Below are positions 37,028-47,128 of a DNA stretch of 64,000 nucleotides, piece by piece; position 1 is the first letter of the stretch; each line of letters begins with the position of its first letter. The stretch covers positions 1,230,549 through 1,294,548 of the forward strand of contig OZ245366.1 in NCBI GenBank assembly GCA_965226585.1, read 5' to 3'. The notes under the pieces are model-generated. The model saw only the letters and a program-made list of their open reading frames with translations, did not search any database and was not told where the DNA came from. Both the position numbers and the translations under genes were made by a program. Source of the DNA: Thermodesulfobacteriota bacterium (lineage in GTDB: Bacteria; Desulfobacterota_D; UBA1144; Nemesobacterales; Mycalebacteriaceae).

Positions 37028-37914
37028 CTTTTGAACGGATTTATTCGGGAAACAAATCAGGCGGCAAACCCGTCATATCGTTTGAAATCTTTCCCCCGAA
37101 AACACCTGAGGGAATGGACAACCTTTCCCGCACTCTGGACGAACTCGCCGCCCTTTCGCCGGGATTCATATCGGTTACCTACGGCGCGATGGGAACAACG
37201 AGGGAAAACAGTTTTGAAATCGCCTCGCGCATAAAAGAGATGGGAATTGAGACGGCGAGCCACCTGACTTGTGTCGGCTCTTCAAGCGGCGAAATAGAGC
37301 GGATATTGGGCGAACTGCGCGAACGCGGGATAGAAAACATAGTCGCGCTGAGAGGCGACCCGCCCGGCGGAGGAGGAAGCTTTGTCGCGGAAAACGGCGG
37401 ATACAGTTACGCAAACGAACTGGTAAGCCACATTCGGGATTTTGACAAAAGGGGCGGCGGCAAAAGTTTCGGGGTCGCCGTTGCGGGCTATCCTGAAAAG
37501 CATACCGAAGCGGAGTCTCTTGAAAAAGACATAGAAAACCTCGCGAAAAAAACACGCGCCGGGGCGGACGCTGTCATCACACAGCTTTTTTATGACAACG
37601 CTTTCTATTTTGACTACCTTCAAAAAGCGCGGAGCGCGGGCATAGAAACGCCCGTTGTGCCGGGTCTTATGCCGATAGTGTCTGCAAAGCAGGTGGTGAA
37701 AATAACTTCAATGTGCGGCAGTTCCATACCGAAAGGGATTATGGCGCGGCTTGAGGAATGTGAGAAAGAAAACCGGAGCGCGGAGGATGTGGGGGTAAAC
37801 GTTTGCGCGGCGCAGGCTGAGGAACTTCTGGAAAAAGGCGCGCCGGGAATACACTTTTACGTTCTCAACAGAGCGGCGCAGGTGAAAGCCGTTTTGAACC
37901 GGCTCGGTTTATAA
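37024..37914 (+). CDS. metF: Methylenetetrahydrofolate reductase
   Basis: SFEIFPPK, SVTYGA, ALRGDPP, AGYPEKH, ITQLF, HFYVLN. Confidence 0.96.
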   Translation: MTFERIYSGNKSGGKPVISFEIFPPKTPEGMDNLSRTLDELAALSPGFISVTYGAMGTTRENSFEIASRIKEMGIETASHLTCVGSSSGEIERILGELRERGIENIVALRGDPPGGGGSFVAENGGYSYANELVSHIRDFDKRGGGKSFGVAVAGYPEKHTEAESLEKDIENLAKKTRAGADAVITQLFYDNAFYFDYLQKARSAGIETPVVPGLMPIVSAKQVVKITSMCGSSIPKGIMARLEECEKENRSAEDVGVNVCAAQAEELLEKGAPGIHFYVLNRAAQVKAVLNRLGL

Positions 37915-37922
37915 ATCAGCCG

Positions 37923-38552
37923 TCAGGGGGCGAGACGCTCAACAACCCATCCGCCGCCGCCCATGCGGTAGCGGATTCTGTCGTGCATCCGGTTTTTTCT
38001 TCCCTGCCAGAACTCAAAAACGGAGGGAACAACGCGGTAGCCTTCCCAAAACGGCGGACGGGGAACCTTGTCCGTATTTTTGAATTCCTTTTCTCTTTGG
38101 GCAAACAACTCGTCAAGCTCGCTTCTGTCGTTCACAACCTCGCCCTGCGGCGAAGCCCACGCCCCTATCGCGCTCATCCGGGGTCTTGTGGCGAAATAGG
38201 CATCCGCCTCCTTGTCTCCGACCTTTTCCACTTTGCCCTCAACTCGCACCTGCCTTTCCATGGACACCCAGAAAAAACACATTGCGGCGCGGGGGGCGGA
38301 TTTGAGTTCCGCGCCTTTTCTGCTGAGAGAGTTTGTGTAGAAAACAAACCCGCTTTTGTCCGCCCCTTTGAGAAGAAGCGTTCTTGATGACGGATTTCCG
38401 CCCGCGGCGGTTGAAAGCGTAAAGGCGTTTGGAAGGTCTATCCCAGCATTTTTCGCGTCTGTGTACCAGAGGTCGAACTGCTCAAAAGGGTCTTTTGAAA
38501 CGCCGTTTTCATCAAGTGTCATAAGGTTGTATTGCCTGTCTGTTTTTGTCAT
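37923..38552 (-). CDS. pdxH: Pyridoxamine 5'-phosphate oxidase
   Basis: RTLLLK, FYTNSLSRKG, RQVRVEG, EFWQGRKNRMHDR. Confidence 0.96.
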   Translation of the reverse strand: MTKTDRQYNLMTLDENGVSKDPFEQFDLWYTDAKNAGIDLPNAFTLSTAAGGNPSSRTLLLKGADKSGFVFYTNSLSRKGAELKSAPRAAMCFFWVSMERQVRVEGKVEKVGDKEADAYFATRPRMSAIGAWASPQGEVVNDRSELDELFAQREKEFKNTDKVPRPPFWEGYRVVPSVFEFWQGRKNRMHDRIRYRMGGGGWVVERLAP

Positions 38553-39421
38553 CAGCCGCCACCGCTTAATTCGGAAAGCAGAAATTCGTCAAGGTTTTCG
38601 TCTTCAAACTCAAAACCCGCGTCCGCCAGTTTGCCCGGAACCGCCCTCGCGCTCGCGGTAATAACTTCCCCGCCCATCTCACCGAAAACAAGTTTTATAA
38701 TCCCCGCAGGCACGGAAAGAAAAACCTTTCGCCCCACGGCGCGCGCAACGGCGCGAGTGAATTCGCGGTTTGTTGCCGGCGAGGGCGACACGATATTCAC
38801 CGCCCCCGAAACAGTCTCGTTTTCCATCGCAAACTCCATCGCCCTCACCGCGTCTTTTAACGATATCCACCCCATATAGCCGCTTCCGTCTCCCGCCACC
38901 GCGCCAAGCCCAAGTTTGAAGGGCAGTTTCATAGTTTTAAGCGCGCCGCCCTTTGATGAGAGGACGATGCCGAACCGCAAATTCACAACCCTTACAGAAG
39001 GCGGAACCTCTTTTGCGGCGGCTTCCCACCTGCCCGCGACACGGGCAAGAAAACCCTCTCCCTCCGCGCTTTGCTCGTTTAGAATCTCATCCGCCCTGCT
39101 TCCGTAAAACCCCGTGGCGGAAGCGCAGAGAAACACCTTCGGCGGTCTGTTGAGACGCGAAAAGACAGACGCCAAATAACTCGCGCTCTCAACCCTGCTG
39201 TTCTCAATCTCTTTTTTGACTGATGAGTTCCACCTTCGCATTATGCCGTATCCGCAAAGGTTGACCGCCGCGTCCGCGCCCTCAAAATCCGCGTCATGGA
39301 AAAACGGACTGCCGCCCCGCATGTTTCTTTCAAGACGCTCAACATCGTGCCCCCGCGCCTCAAGAGAGGCGGCAAAAGCCGAGCCTATCAGACCGCCGGA
39401 ACCGGAAATCAGCACTCTCAC
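38552..39421 (-). CDS. TIGR01777-like NAD-dependent epimerase family protein
   Basis: SGSGGLIG, ASATGFYG, LRFGIVLS..GGAL, WISLKD. Confidence 0.9.
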   Translation of the reverse strand: MRVLISGSGGLIGSAFAASLEARGHDVERLERNMRGGSPFFHDADFEGADAAVNLCGYGIMRRWNSSVKKEIENSRVESASYLASVFSRLNRPPKVFLCASATGFYGSRADEILNEQSAEGEGFLARVAGRWEAAAKEVPPSVRVVNLRFGIVLSSKGGALKTMKLPFKLGLGAVAGDGSGYMGWISLKDAVRAMEFAMENETVSGAVNIVSPSPATNREFTRAVARAVGRKVFLSVPAGIIKLVFGEMGGEVITASARAVPGKLADAGFEFEDENLDEFLLSELSGGG

Positions 39422-39462
39422 AGTTTTTCAATACTGTTTGATAAAGGGCGGGAAAGCAAACA

Positions 39463-40491
39463 TCAGCGGGAGCCGAATGCGTCTATTATGCGCCCCTGAT
39501 ACATGGCGACCTGTTCGGGCGAAAGGTAGTAATGCGGCGCGCTCAGTATCGGCAAGTCAACATAAGCGGCGCACTCCTCAATCCTGTCTCTGCACTGCCG
39601 TGCCGTGCCGACAACGGCAAAGGTTTCAAGCATCTCGTCGCTAACATTTTCTATCATCGCTTCGATGTCTCCGCTGAAATAGGCGTCACGTATCTTTTCC
39701 GCCACATCCGCGAATCCGTGCAATTTGAACGGCTCTCTGTAAGTTTTGACTGTGGCGTAGAACGCGACTGTGGCTTTTGCGGCTCTACGGGTTTGCTCAA
39801 CATCGCTGTCACCGCAAACGGCGCAGATAAAGATGGTTGACAGGGTAAAGTTCGCACGGTCTCGCCCCGATTGTGAAAGACCTTCAAGCAGGGCGGGAAG
39901 AACCCGCTCTTTTGTGTATTTTTCCGTGCAGACGATATGCCCTATGTATCCGTCAGCGGAACGGGCGGATTCCCGCGCCATATTTTCCCCGACCGCGGCG
40001 AGAAAAACCGGCACTTCCTCGCGGACGGGCTTAAACGGTCTTCTGAAACCTTTGATGTTGATGTTGTAGTGTTCGCCCTCATACACAACATCCGCCCCCT
40101 TGTGAGAGCCGGAAATGACGCGCCGTGCGATTTCAACGCACTCCCTGATTCTCGCCACCGGTTTGCCGTGCGTTTGTCCGTGCCACATCTCGTTTGTTCG
40201 CCGCGCCCCGGAGCCCAGCCCAAGTATCAAACGACCGCCGGACGCTTCGTCCAAGTCCATCGCGCTTATCGCCGTTATAAGCGGGCTTCGCACAAACGCG
40301 AGCGCGACTGATGTGCCAAGTTTAATTTTTGAGGTCGCGGGCGCGATAGCCGCGAGTTGCTGAAACGCTGTTCTGTAAAGTTCGGTTGTCCAGACGGAAT
40401 GAAAACCCGCATTTTCCGCCGCGCGGGAGACTTCAACGATTTCCCTTATGGAGTGAGAGTCAACTATCAGTCCGAGGGGAATGTTTTTCAC
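39463..40491 (-). CDS. LLM-class flavin-dependent oxidoreductase
   Basis: AENAGFHSVW, TSKIKLGTSV, DEASGGRLILGLG, PVFLAAVG. Confidence 0.9.
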   Translation of the reverse strand: MKNIPLGLIVDSHSIREIVEVSRAAENAGFHSVWTTELYRTAFQQLAAIAPATSKIKLGTSVALAFVRSPLITAISAMDLDEASGGRLILGLGSGARRTNEMWHGQTHGKPVARIRECVEIARRVISGSHKGADVVYEGEHYNINIKGFRRPFKPVREEVPVFLAAVGENMARESARSADGYIGHIVCTEKYTKERVLPALLEGLSQSGRDRANFTLSTIFICAVCGDSDVEQTRRAAKATVAFYATVKTYREPFKLHGFADVAEKIRDAYFSGDIEAMIENVSDEMLETFAVVGTARQCRDRIEECAAYVDLPILSAPHYYLSPEQVAMYQGRIIDAFGSR

Positions 40492-41075
40492 TCTTTCTTC
40501 TCTTTGTTGTCCTTATCTGCGGAAGAGTCAGCCGGCGGCGTTTCCGCTTTGGTTTCCTGCTCTGTCTCCGCCTTCGCTTCTTTCGCTTCTTCTTGCGCCT
40601 CCGCCGCTTTGTTTTCTTCCGCCTTCTCGTCTTTCGGCGGCGGCGCGGGAAGGTTTGATTTGCGCGGTGTTTTCTCGCGTGCGGACGGTTTGTATTCTTC
40701 CGCTACCAGTTCTATCCGCGAAACGGGTGCTTGGTCGCCCCTGCGGAATCCGAGGCTCACTATCCTTGAGTATCCGCCCGGACGCTGTTTGTATCTTTCC
40801 GCTATCTCGGTGAAAACCTTGCGCGCGACCTGCTTGTCTGTGATACAGCCGAATATGCGTCTTTTGTAGGAAAGCCCGTCGCCCGCCGCGCTATCTTTCG
40901 CGCCGTTTTTGGCGATGGTGATGATTTTGTCCGCGAAACGTTTGAGTTCTTTGGCTTTTACGTCAGTCGTCTGTATTTTCTCGTGACGGAACAACTCTGT
41001 GGCGAGGTTTCTTAACATCGCCTTTCTGTGCTTGGTCGTTACGCCAAGTTTTCTTCCCAGTCTTCTGTTTCTCAT
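40488..41075 (-). CDS. rplQ: 50S ribosomal protein L17 with C-terminal extension
   Basis: HRKAMLRNLA, RPGGYSRI, RRGDQAP. Confidence 0.97.
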   Translation of the reverse strand: MRNRRLGRKLGVTTKHRKAMLRNLATELFRHEKIQTTDVKAKELKRFADKIITIAKNGAKDSAAGDGLSYKRRIFGCITDKQVARKVFTEIAERYKQRPGGYSRIVSLGFRRGDQAPVSRIELVAEEYKPSAREKTPRKSNLPAPPPKDEKAEENKAAEAQEEAKEAKAETEQETKAETPPADSSADKDNKEKKE

Positions 41076-41104
41076 TTCTCAAACTTCCCGTATCCCTGAC
41101 AGTT

Positions 41105-42133
41105 TTATGACTTGGCTACGCTTTCCCTCTTTCTGTCGTAAATCTCGCGGTTGATTTTCATGTCAAGAGACATGGACGGCGAGAGTGTTTTGAGTTTCGC
41201 GCGCACATCGTCAAGGGAACTTTTGCCAAAACTCGGAAGGTTGAGCAGTTCGCCTTCGGTTTTCTGAATCAGGTCGCCGACAAACTCTATCTGCGCCCCC
41301 ATCAGGCAGTTGAGCGAACGGACGGAGAAATCCACCTCGTCAAGCGGGGTGAACAGAATGTCTTCATCACCCTTTACGGTGTATGCCTCTTCGGTCTCCT
41401 CCTCCTGATCCTGTTTCTGGTCGTCAAAGTTGATGAACTTCTCAAGTTGGTGGTTGATTATCTTCGCCGCGTACGCGAGCGCGTCTTCGGAAAGCACCGA
41501 ACCCTTTGTCCACATCTCTATCACGAGGTTTTCGTAGTCGGTTTTCCTGCCGACACGCGCGTTTTTGATTGTGTAGTTCACCTTCGTAACCGGAGAGAAG
41601 AACGCGTCTATCGGAAGGTATTCCTCGCCCATTGAACGCGGGTTTTCCCTTTCCTCAACGGGCTGATAGCCCCTGCCGGTTTCAATGACAAGACTCATCT
41701 CAACCTTCGTTTTGTCCGACACGGTTGCTATGAAGTGGTCGCCGTTTAGAACCTCAACCTTGTCGGTTGATTTTATGTCCGCCGCCGTTATCTCGCCGGG
41801 ACCCTGAAAAACAAGGTCAAGCACCTGCGGTTCTGCGGTTGTCGCCTTGAAGTTGACACCTTTGAAGTTGATGAGGATTTCCGTAACATCCTCCACAACT
41901 CCCGATATTGAGGTGAATTCGTGAAGAATGCCCTCTATCTTTACCGCCGTGATGGCGGGACCTTGCAGTGATGAGAGAAGAACTCGTCTGAGCGCGTTTC
42001 CCACCGTAACGCCGTAACCCCTTTCCAGCGGCTCAAAGCTGAACTTTGAGTAGAAAGGTGTAGCCGTCTTTTCGTCCTTTTGAACCTTTTTAGGTCTTAC
42101 AAGTGTCGTCCAGTTATTTTGAAAATCTTTCAA
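41105..42133 (-). CDS. rpoA: RNA polymerase alpha subunit
   Basis: EPLERGYGVTVGNALRRVLLSS; alpha-CTD SVRSLNCL. Confidence 0.98.
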   Translation of the reverse strand: MKDFQNNWTTLVRPKKVQKDEKTATPFYSKFSFEPLERGYGVTVGNALRRVLLSSLQGPAITAVKIEGILHEFTSISGVVEDVTEILINFKGVNFKATTAEPQVLDLVFQGPGEITAADIKSTDKVEVLNGDHFIATVSDKTKVEMSLVIETGRGYQPVEERENPRSMGEEYLPIDAFFSPVTKVNYTIKNARVGRKTDYENLVIEMWTKGSVLSEDALAYAAKIINHQLEKFINFDDQKQDQEEETEEAYTVKGDEDILFTPLDEVDFSVRSLNCLMGAQIEFVGDLIQKTEGELLNLPSFGKSSLDDVRAKLKTLSPSMSLDMKINREIYDRKRESVAKS

Positions 42134-42193
42134 ATTCAGCCCTCCGCTTCAATTCCTCTAAAATTCGCCCGCTCTTTTGAACGGGACTTTTCA

Positions 42194-42826
42194 TTAAACC
42201 CTTGAGTAGAATTCAACAATCAGGTTCTCGCTAATCGGAACCTGAACGTCTTCCCTCTCGGGCCTCCTGCTTACCGTTCCCTTGTATTTCTCCCTGTCCA
42301 GATTCAGCCACGCGGGAATGCCCTTCTTTTCGGAAACCCCCAGAGATTTGTTTATGCTCGGCATTTGTCTGCTCCGCTCCCGTATCTCCACAATACTGTC
42401 AGGCTGAACCCTGTATGACGCGACATCCACGCGGCTGCCGTCAACGGTGATGTGTCCAAGGTTCACAAGTTGGCGAGCTTCGTTGCGCGATGAGGCAAAT
42501 CCGAGCCGGAACACAACGTTGTCAAGCCGCGTTTCTATGATGGAAAGAAGCAGGGAGCCGGTTACGCCCCTTGTTCTCACCGCTTCGCGGAAGTAAATCT
42601 TGAACTGCCTCTCCGTTACGCCGTAAATCCTTCTGGCTTTCTGTTTTTCCCTCAAACGCAGACCGTATTCCGTAACCCTTCTGCGTATCCTCTTGCCCTG
42701 CATTCCGGGCGGATACGGCTTTCTCTCAATGGCGCACTTGCTCGTAAGGCATCTTTCGCCCTTGAGGAAAAGCTTTTCGCCTTCCCGCCTGCAAAGTTTG
42801 CAAACTGCTCCCGTGTATCTTGACAT
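42194..42826 (-). CDS. rpsD: 30S ribosomal protein S4
   Basis: CKLCRREG, RLDNVVFRLG, IVEFYSR. Confidence 0.98.
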   Translation of the reverse strand: MSRYTGAVCKLCRREGEKLFLKGERCLTSKCAIERKPYPPGMQGKRIRRRVTEYGLRLREKQKARRIYGVTERQFKIYFREAVRTRGVTGSLLLSIIETRLDNVVFRLGFASSRNEARQLVNLGHITVDGSRVDVASYRVQPDSIVEIRERSRQMPSINKSLGVSEKKGIPAWLNLDREKYKGTVSRRPEREDVQVPISENLIVEFYSRV

Positions 42827-42844
42827 ATCTTTTTTGTCTCCCGC

Positions 42845-43228
42845 CTATACCCTTCTCTTGCCCGGAGGTCTGCATCCGTTGTGGGGAATCGGGGTAACGT
42901 CTCTAATTGAGGCGACCCTTATGCCCGCCGTCTGGATTGACCTTATCGCGGACTCTCTTCCGGGTCCGGGTCCTCTCACGTAAACGCGGGCGGTTTTCAT
43001 TCCCGAACCGATTGCCCTTTTCGCAACATCTTCGGCGGCTATCTGAGCCGCAAACGGTGTTCCCTTCCTCGTGCCCTTGAAGCCTCTCGCGCCGCCGCTT
43101 GACCACGCGATAACATCTCCCTGAGGGTCTGATATTGTGATAATCGTGTTGCTGAAAGTGGCGTGTATGTTTATCACGCCGTCTTCAACAGATCTTTTTA
43201 TCTTCTTTTTTGTTTTCTTTTTAGCCAT
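42845..43228 (-). CDS. rpsK: 30S ribosomal protein S11
   Basis: [13 protein letters not shown]. Confidence 0.98.
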   Translation of the reverse strand: MAKKKTKKKIKRSVEDGVINIHATFSNTIITISDPQGDVIAWSSGGARGFKGTRKGTPFAAQIAAEDVAKRAIGSGMKTARVYVRGPGPGRESAIRSIQTAGIRVASIRDVTPIPHNGCRPPGKRRV

Positions 43229-43247
43229 TGTTAACTAATCCCGTTTC

Positions 43248-43628
43248 CTATTTGCCAACCTTCTTCTTCTTCGCTATCGCCGTGCCGCGCGGACCTTTTC
43301 TGGTTCTCGCGTTCGCCTTTGTTTTCTGCCCGCGAACGGGAAGCCCGGTGCGATGCCGGACGCCTCTGTAACAGCCAATCTCCACAAGGCGTTTGATGTT
43401 CATCTGCACATCTTTGCGGAGGTCTCCCTCAACAACGCAGTTTTGTTCTATAAAAAGCCGTATGTTCGTTACTTCCTTTTCGTCCAGATCTTTCGCCCTT
43501 TTTGTCGGGTCTATGTTGAGCGATTTCACTATTCCGGCGGCGGTAGTTCTGCCTATCCCGAATATGTAAGTCAGGGAAAACTCCACCCTCTTGTTCAGGG
43601 GAATGTCAACGCCGGCTATTCTGGGCAT
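43248..43628 (-). CDS. rpsM: 30S ribosomal protein S13
   Basis: [22 protein letters not shown]. Confidence 0.98.
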   Translation of the reverse strand: MPRIAGVDIPLNKRVEFSLTYIFGIGRTTAAGIVKSLNIDPTKRAKDLDEKEVTNIRLFIEQNCVVEGDLRKDVQMNIKRLVEIGCYRGVRHRTGLPVRGQKTKANARTRKGPRGTAIAKKKKVGK

Positions 43629-43635
43629 ATCCCGT

Positions 43636-43749
43636 TCACCCCTGCCTCTGCTTGCAACGCTTGTTGACGCAGATGACCCTCACAACTCCTCTGCGTTTTA
43701 TAAGCCTGCATTTGTTGCAAATTTTCTTTACCGATGACCTTACTTTCAA
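43636..43749 (-). CDS. rpmJ: 50S ribosomal protein L36
   Basis: Below the ORF-track cutoff; manual translation from TTG 43749: [37 protein letters not shown]. Confidence 0.96.
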   Translation of the reverse strand: MKVRSSVKKICNKCRLIKRRGVVRVICVNKRCKQRQG

Positions 43750-43988
43750 TTTACTCTCTCCGGTCTCATTCTGTACGTAATCCTGCCCCTTGAAAGGTCG
43801 TAGGGCGATATCTCAATCTTTACCTTGTCTCCGGGAACTATTCTCACAAACCTCGATCTTGCCCTTCTCATTTTACCTGAAACATAGGCAAGCACACGCG
43901 AACCGTTTTGCATCTCAACCCTGAACATCGCGTTGGGCAATGCCTCAACAACCGTTCCTTCAAACTCTACCGCGTCATTCTTTCCCAT
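43746..43988 (-). CDS. infA: Translation initiation factor IF-1
   Basis: [25 protein letters not shown]. Confidence 0.97.
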   Translation of the reverse strand: MGKNDAVEFEGTVVEALPNAMFRVEMQNGSRVLAYVSGKMRRARSRFVRIVPGDKVKIEISPYDLSRGRITYRMRPERVN

Positions 43989-44010
43989 AAATATCTCTTT
44001 CCGTTCCCTC

Positions 44011-44784
44011 TCAGTTAAACATCGTCAGCACTTCGGGACCGTTTTCCGTGATGGCGACTGTGTGCTCAAAATGAACGGACATTTTACCATCACTTGTAAC
44101 AACAGTCCAATTATCCGGCAAAGTTTTTACATCGGGAGACCCCTCGTTCACCATCGGCTCTATCGCGAGAGCCATACCGGGACGCAAAAGCGCGCCGCCT
44201 GAACCGTCTCCTCCGGGCGGAACAAAGTTGGGAACCTGCGGCTCTTCGTGAAGTTTTTTCCCTATGCCGTGACCCACAAAAGCCTTGACGACAGAAAAAC
44301 CGTTTTTTTCCACATGGCTCTGTATCGCCCCCGATATGCCGTAAAGACGGGCGGATGGGCGCGCCTTTTCTATGCCTCTCTCAAGCGACTCTTTTGCGAT
44401 TTTCATTAGACGCTCTCTGCCCGGAGCAACGCGCCCGACCGGAACGGTGATGGCGGAATCTCCGTGAAACCCTTTTACAACCGCACCGAAATCCATTCCC
44501 ACTATGTCGCCCTCTTTAAGAACCCTGTCTTTTGACGGTATGCCGTGAACAACCTCTTCGTTGACGGCAACGCACACCGAGCACGGAAAGTTCATATACC
44601 CTTTGAACGCGGGACGCGCCGACCGTTTTTCGGCAATCTCTTCAGCAACGCGGTTGAGTTCCCACGTGGAAACACCGTCTCTCGCGGTTTCGCTCAATGT
44701 TTCAAGAACCTCTGAAACAACAGCCGCCGCCGCTTTCATGCCATCCAGTTTCTCTTTTATCTCGCTTGACGTCATCTTCTTCAC
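44011..44784 (-). CDS. map: Methionine aminopeptidase type I
   Basis: [28 protein letters not shown]. Confidence 0.97.
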   Translation of the reverse strand: MKKMTSSEIKEKLDGMKAAAAVVSEVLETLSETARDGVSTWELNRVAEEIAEKRSARPAFKGYMNFPCSVCVAVNEEVVHGIPSKDRVLKEGDIVGMDFGAVVKGFHGDSAITVPVGRVAPGRERLMKIAKESLERGIEKARPSARLYGISGAIQSHVEKNGFSVVKAFVGHGIGKKLHEEPQVPNFVPPGGDGSGGALLRPGMALAIEPMVNEGSPDVKTLPDNWTVVTSDGKMSVHFEHTVAITENGPEVLTMFN

Positions 44785-45344
44785 AGCAAGGAAACCACCG
44801 AGTCTATCCTCCCCCTGACTTCCTCAATCGCGCCGGTTCCGTCTATGCCGTGAAAAACCCCTCTGGATTTGTAGTAATCGGCAAGCGGAAGGGTCTGCTC
44901 GCGGTACACGTCAAGACGTTTGCGGATAACGGATTCGTTGTCGTCTGTCCGCCCCTCAATCTCCGCCCTTTTCAAAAGCCGCTCAACCACCTCGCTCTCG
45001 TTCACTTCAAGAGAGATAACGGCTGAAATCTTCATTCCCTGTTTTTCAAGCATCTCGTCAAGGGCGCACGCCTGCGCGGTGGTTCGCGGAAAACCGTCAA
45101 GAAGAAAACCCCCGCCGCCAAGCGCGTCCGTTTTCTGCCTGATAATCTCTATCACCACCTCATCGGGAACCAGTTTGCCCTCGTCCATATAAGTTTTCGC
45201 CATAAGCCCCGTTTCGGTTTCGTTTTTGACCGCCTCCCTCAGAAGGTCGCCCGTTGATATGTGCGCCGTGCCGCGGGCACTCACTATGAAATCCGCCTGT
45301 GTTCCTTTTCCCGCTCCCGGCGGTCCGAATATTATCAGATTCAT
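44781..45344 (-). CDS. adk: Adenylate kinase (short-LID type)
   Basis: GPPGAGKGTQ, LDGFPRT, GRTDD; ATG at 45344. Confidence 0.97.
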   Translation of the reverse strand: MNLIIFGPPGAGKGTQADFIVSARGTAHISTGDLLREAVKNETETGLMAKTYMDEGKLVPDEVVIEIIRQKTDALGGGGFLLDGFPRTTAQACALDEMLEKQGMKISAVISLEVNESEVVERLLKRAEIEGRTDDNESVIRKRLDVYREQTLPLADYYKSRGVFHGIDGTGAIEEVRGRIDSVVSLL

Positions 45345-45369
45345 TTTCCGTCCTCTCCCGTGTTTTTTC

Positions 45370-46689
45370 TTAGAAACGTCTCCTGCGGCGTCCGGCTTGC
45401 GCTCCGCCCCGGCTGCCTCCCGCCCCTGAAAACGATTCGTAGTTGCGTGTGATGACAAACGACTGAACCCTCTGCATAAAATCAAGCGTTACCCCGATGA
45501 TAATCAGAAGCGAAGTGCCGCCGAAGTAGAAAGGCAGATTGAACGGGTCTCTCTGGAGAAAGCTGGGAAGCACGCAGACGGCAACAAGGTATATGGAACC
45601 GATAAGCGTTATCCTGTTGAGAATTGTGCCAATGTATTCCGTTGTTTTCGCGCCCGGTCTGATGCCCGGAATGTTCGCGCCGCTGTTTTTTACGTTGTCT
45701 GAAAGGTCTGCGGGGTCATACACGATGCCGGTGTAGAAAAACGAGAAAAACACTATCAGCACCGCAAACACTATGTTGTAGAAAAGAGGATTCTGAAGAA
45801 CGCCCTCTGAAAGAGTTCTGACAAGCGGGTTGTCCGTTACCACAAGCAGGGTGGCGGGGAATATCAGCAGAGACGAAGCGAATATGGGCGGAATAACCCC
45901 GGACGGGTTTATCTTGAGCGGAAGGTGGGTCGCCTGTCCCTCCATCATCTTTCTGCCCACAACCTTTCGCGGATGCTGAATTGGAATCTTCCTTGAAGCC
46001 GTCTCAACAAAAACGATAACACCCATGACGATTATAAGAAAAACCGCTATTAAAAGCATTCCAAGCGCGGTTATATCGCCGCCCTGCACAAGCCGCCCCA
46101 TGTTCCACAGCGCGCCCGGAGTTCCGGCAAGTATGGACATTGTGATTATCAGCGAAACGCCGTTGCCAACCCCTTTTTCCGATATCTGCTCTCCGAGCCA
46201 CATAACAAGCATGGAGCCGGACGTGAGCGTCAATATCGCGCTCAGGCGGAAGCCGAGCCCCGGAGTTTCGGAAGCGCCGCCTTCAAGGGCGAGAGTCAGA
46301 ACAGTCGCCTGAATAATGGATATCGGCACAGTTCCGTAGCGGGAATACTGGTTTATCTTCCTTCTGCCCGCCTGACCCTCCTCTTTCTGCATCGCTTCAA
46401 GCGAGGGAATCGCCTTCACCATAAGAGACATCAGAATTGAAGATGTGATATAGGGAATAACGCCGAGAGCGAAAATTGACGCCTGTTCAAGAGCGCCGCC
46501 CGAAAACATATTAAAAAGGTCGAAAACCGTTCCGCTCGTGCGCTCAAACAGTTCCGCAACTTGTGTCGGTGAAACCCCCGGAACCGGGATGAAAACCCCC
46601 AGTCTGTAGACGAGGATTATAAAAAGGGTGATTAGCAGCCTTTTGTTAAGTTCGGAAATGCGGGGAGCCGATGAAGAAGCCGCGCTCAT
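45370..46689 (-). CDS. secY: Preprotein translocase SecY
   Basis: FSGGAL, PYITSSI, GNGVSLII, IPGIRPG, GGTSLLI. Confidence 0.98.
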   Translation of the reverse strand: MSAASSSAPRISELNKRLLITLFIILVYRLGVFIPVPGVSPTQVAELFERTSGTVFDLFNMFSGGALEQASIFALGVIPYITSSILMSLMVKAIPSLEAMQKEEGQAGRRKINQYSRYGTVPISIIQATVLTLALEGGASETPGLGFRLSAILTLTSGSMLVMWLGEQISEKGVGNGVSLIITMSILAGTPGALWNMGRLVQGGDITALGMLLIAVFLIIVMGVIVFVETASRKIPIQHPRKVVGRKMMEGQATHLPLKINPSGVIPPIFASSLLIFPATLLVVTDNPLVRTLSEGVLQNPLFYNIVFAVLIVFFSFFYTGIVYDPADLSDNVKNSGANIPGIRPGAKTTEYIGTILNRITLIGSIYLVAVCVLPSFLQRDPFNLPFYFGGTSLLIIIGVTLDFMQRVQSFVITRNYESFSGAGGSRGGAQAGRRRRRF

Positions 46690-47117
46690 ACAAACTCTAC
46701 CTTGCCTCCGGATTTCTCTATCTTCTCAACGGAAACCCCGCTCGCGGCGTTCACCACAAGGATCAGCTTTTTCTTAACCTCTCCGTTTCCGAGAAGTTTT
46801 ACCGGACGTTTGCCGCTCACAAGGTTCTCTTTGACAAGCGTTTCGGAATCAACTGTCGCGCCGTCATCAAAACGTTCAAGCGCGCTCACGTTGACGGTGT
46901 CATATACGTTTCTAAATCTGTTTTTGAAGCCCCTTTTCGGAATCCTCATTTTGAGCGGTGTCTGTCCGCCTTCAAACCAAAGGGAAACGCCTCCGCCCGT
47001 TCTGGAGCCCTGCCCCTTCTGCCCGCGCCCCGAAGTTTTGCCGCGCGAACCCGCGCCCCTGCCGACTCTGCGGCGGGATTTTGCTGAACCTGCTGGTTTG
47101 GGAAGTCTGTCTAACAC
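46686..47117 (-). CDS. rplO: 50S ribosomal protein L15
   Basis: GKTSGRGQKGQ, FEGGQTP. Confidence 0.97.
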   Translation of the reverse strand: MLDRLPKPAGSAKSRRRVGRGAGSRGKTSGRGQKGQGSRTGGGVSLWFEGGQTPLKMRIPKRGFKNRFRNVYDTVNVSALERFDDGATVDSETLVKENLVSGKRPVKLLGNGEVKKKLILVVNAASGVSVEKIEKSGGKVEFV

Positions 47118-47128
47118 TGTTTCTACCT

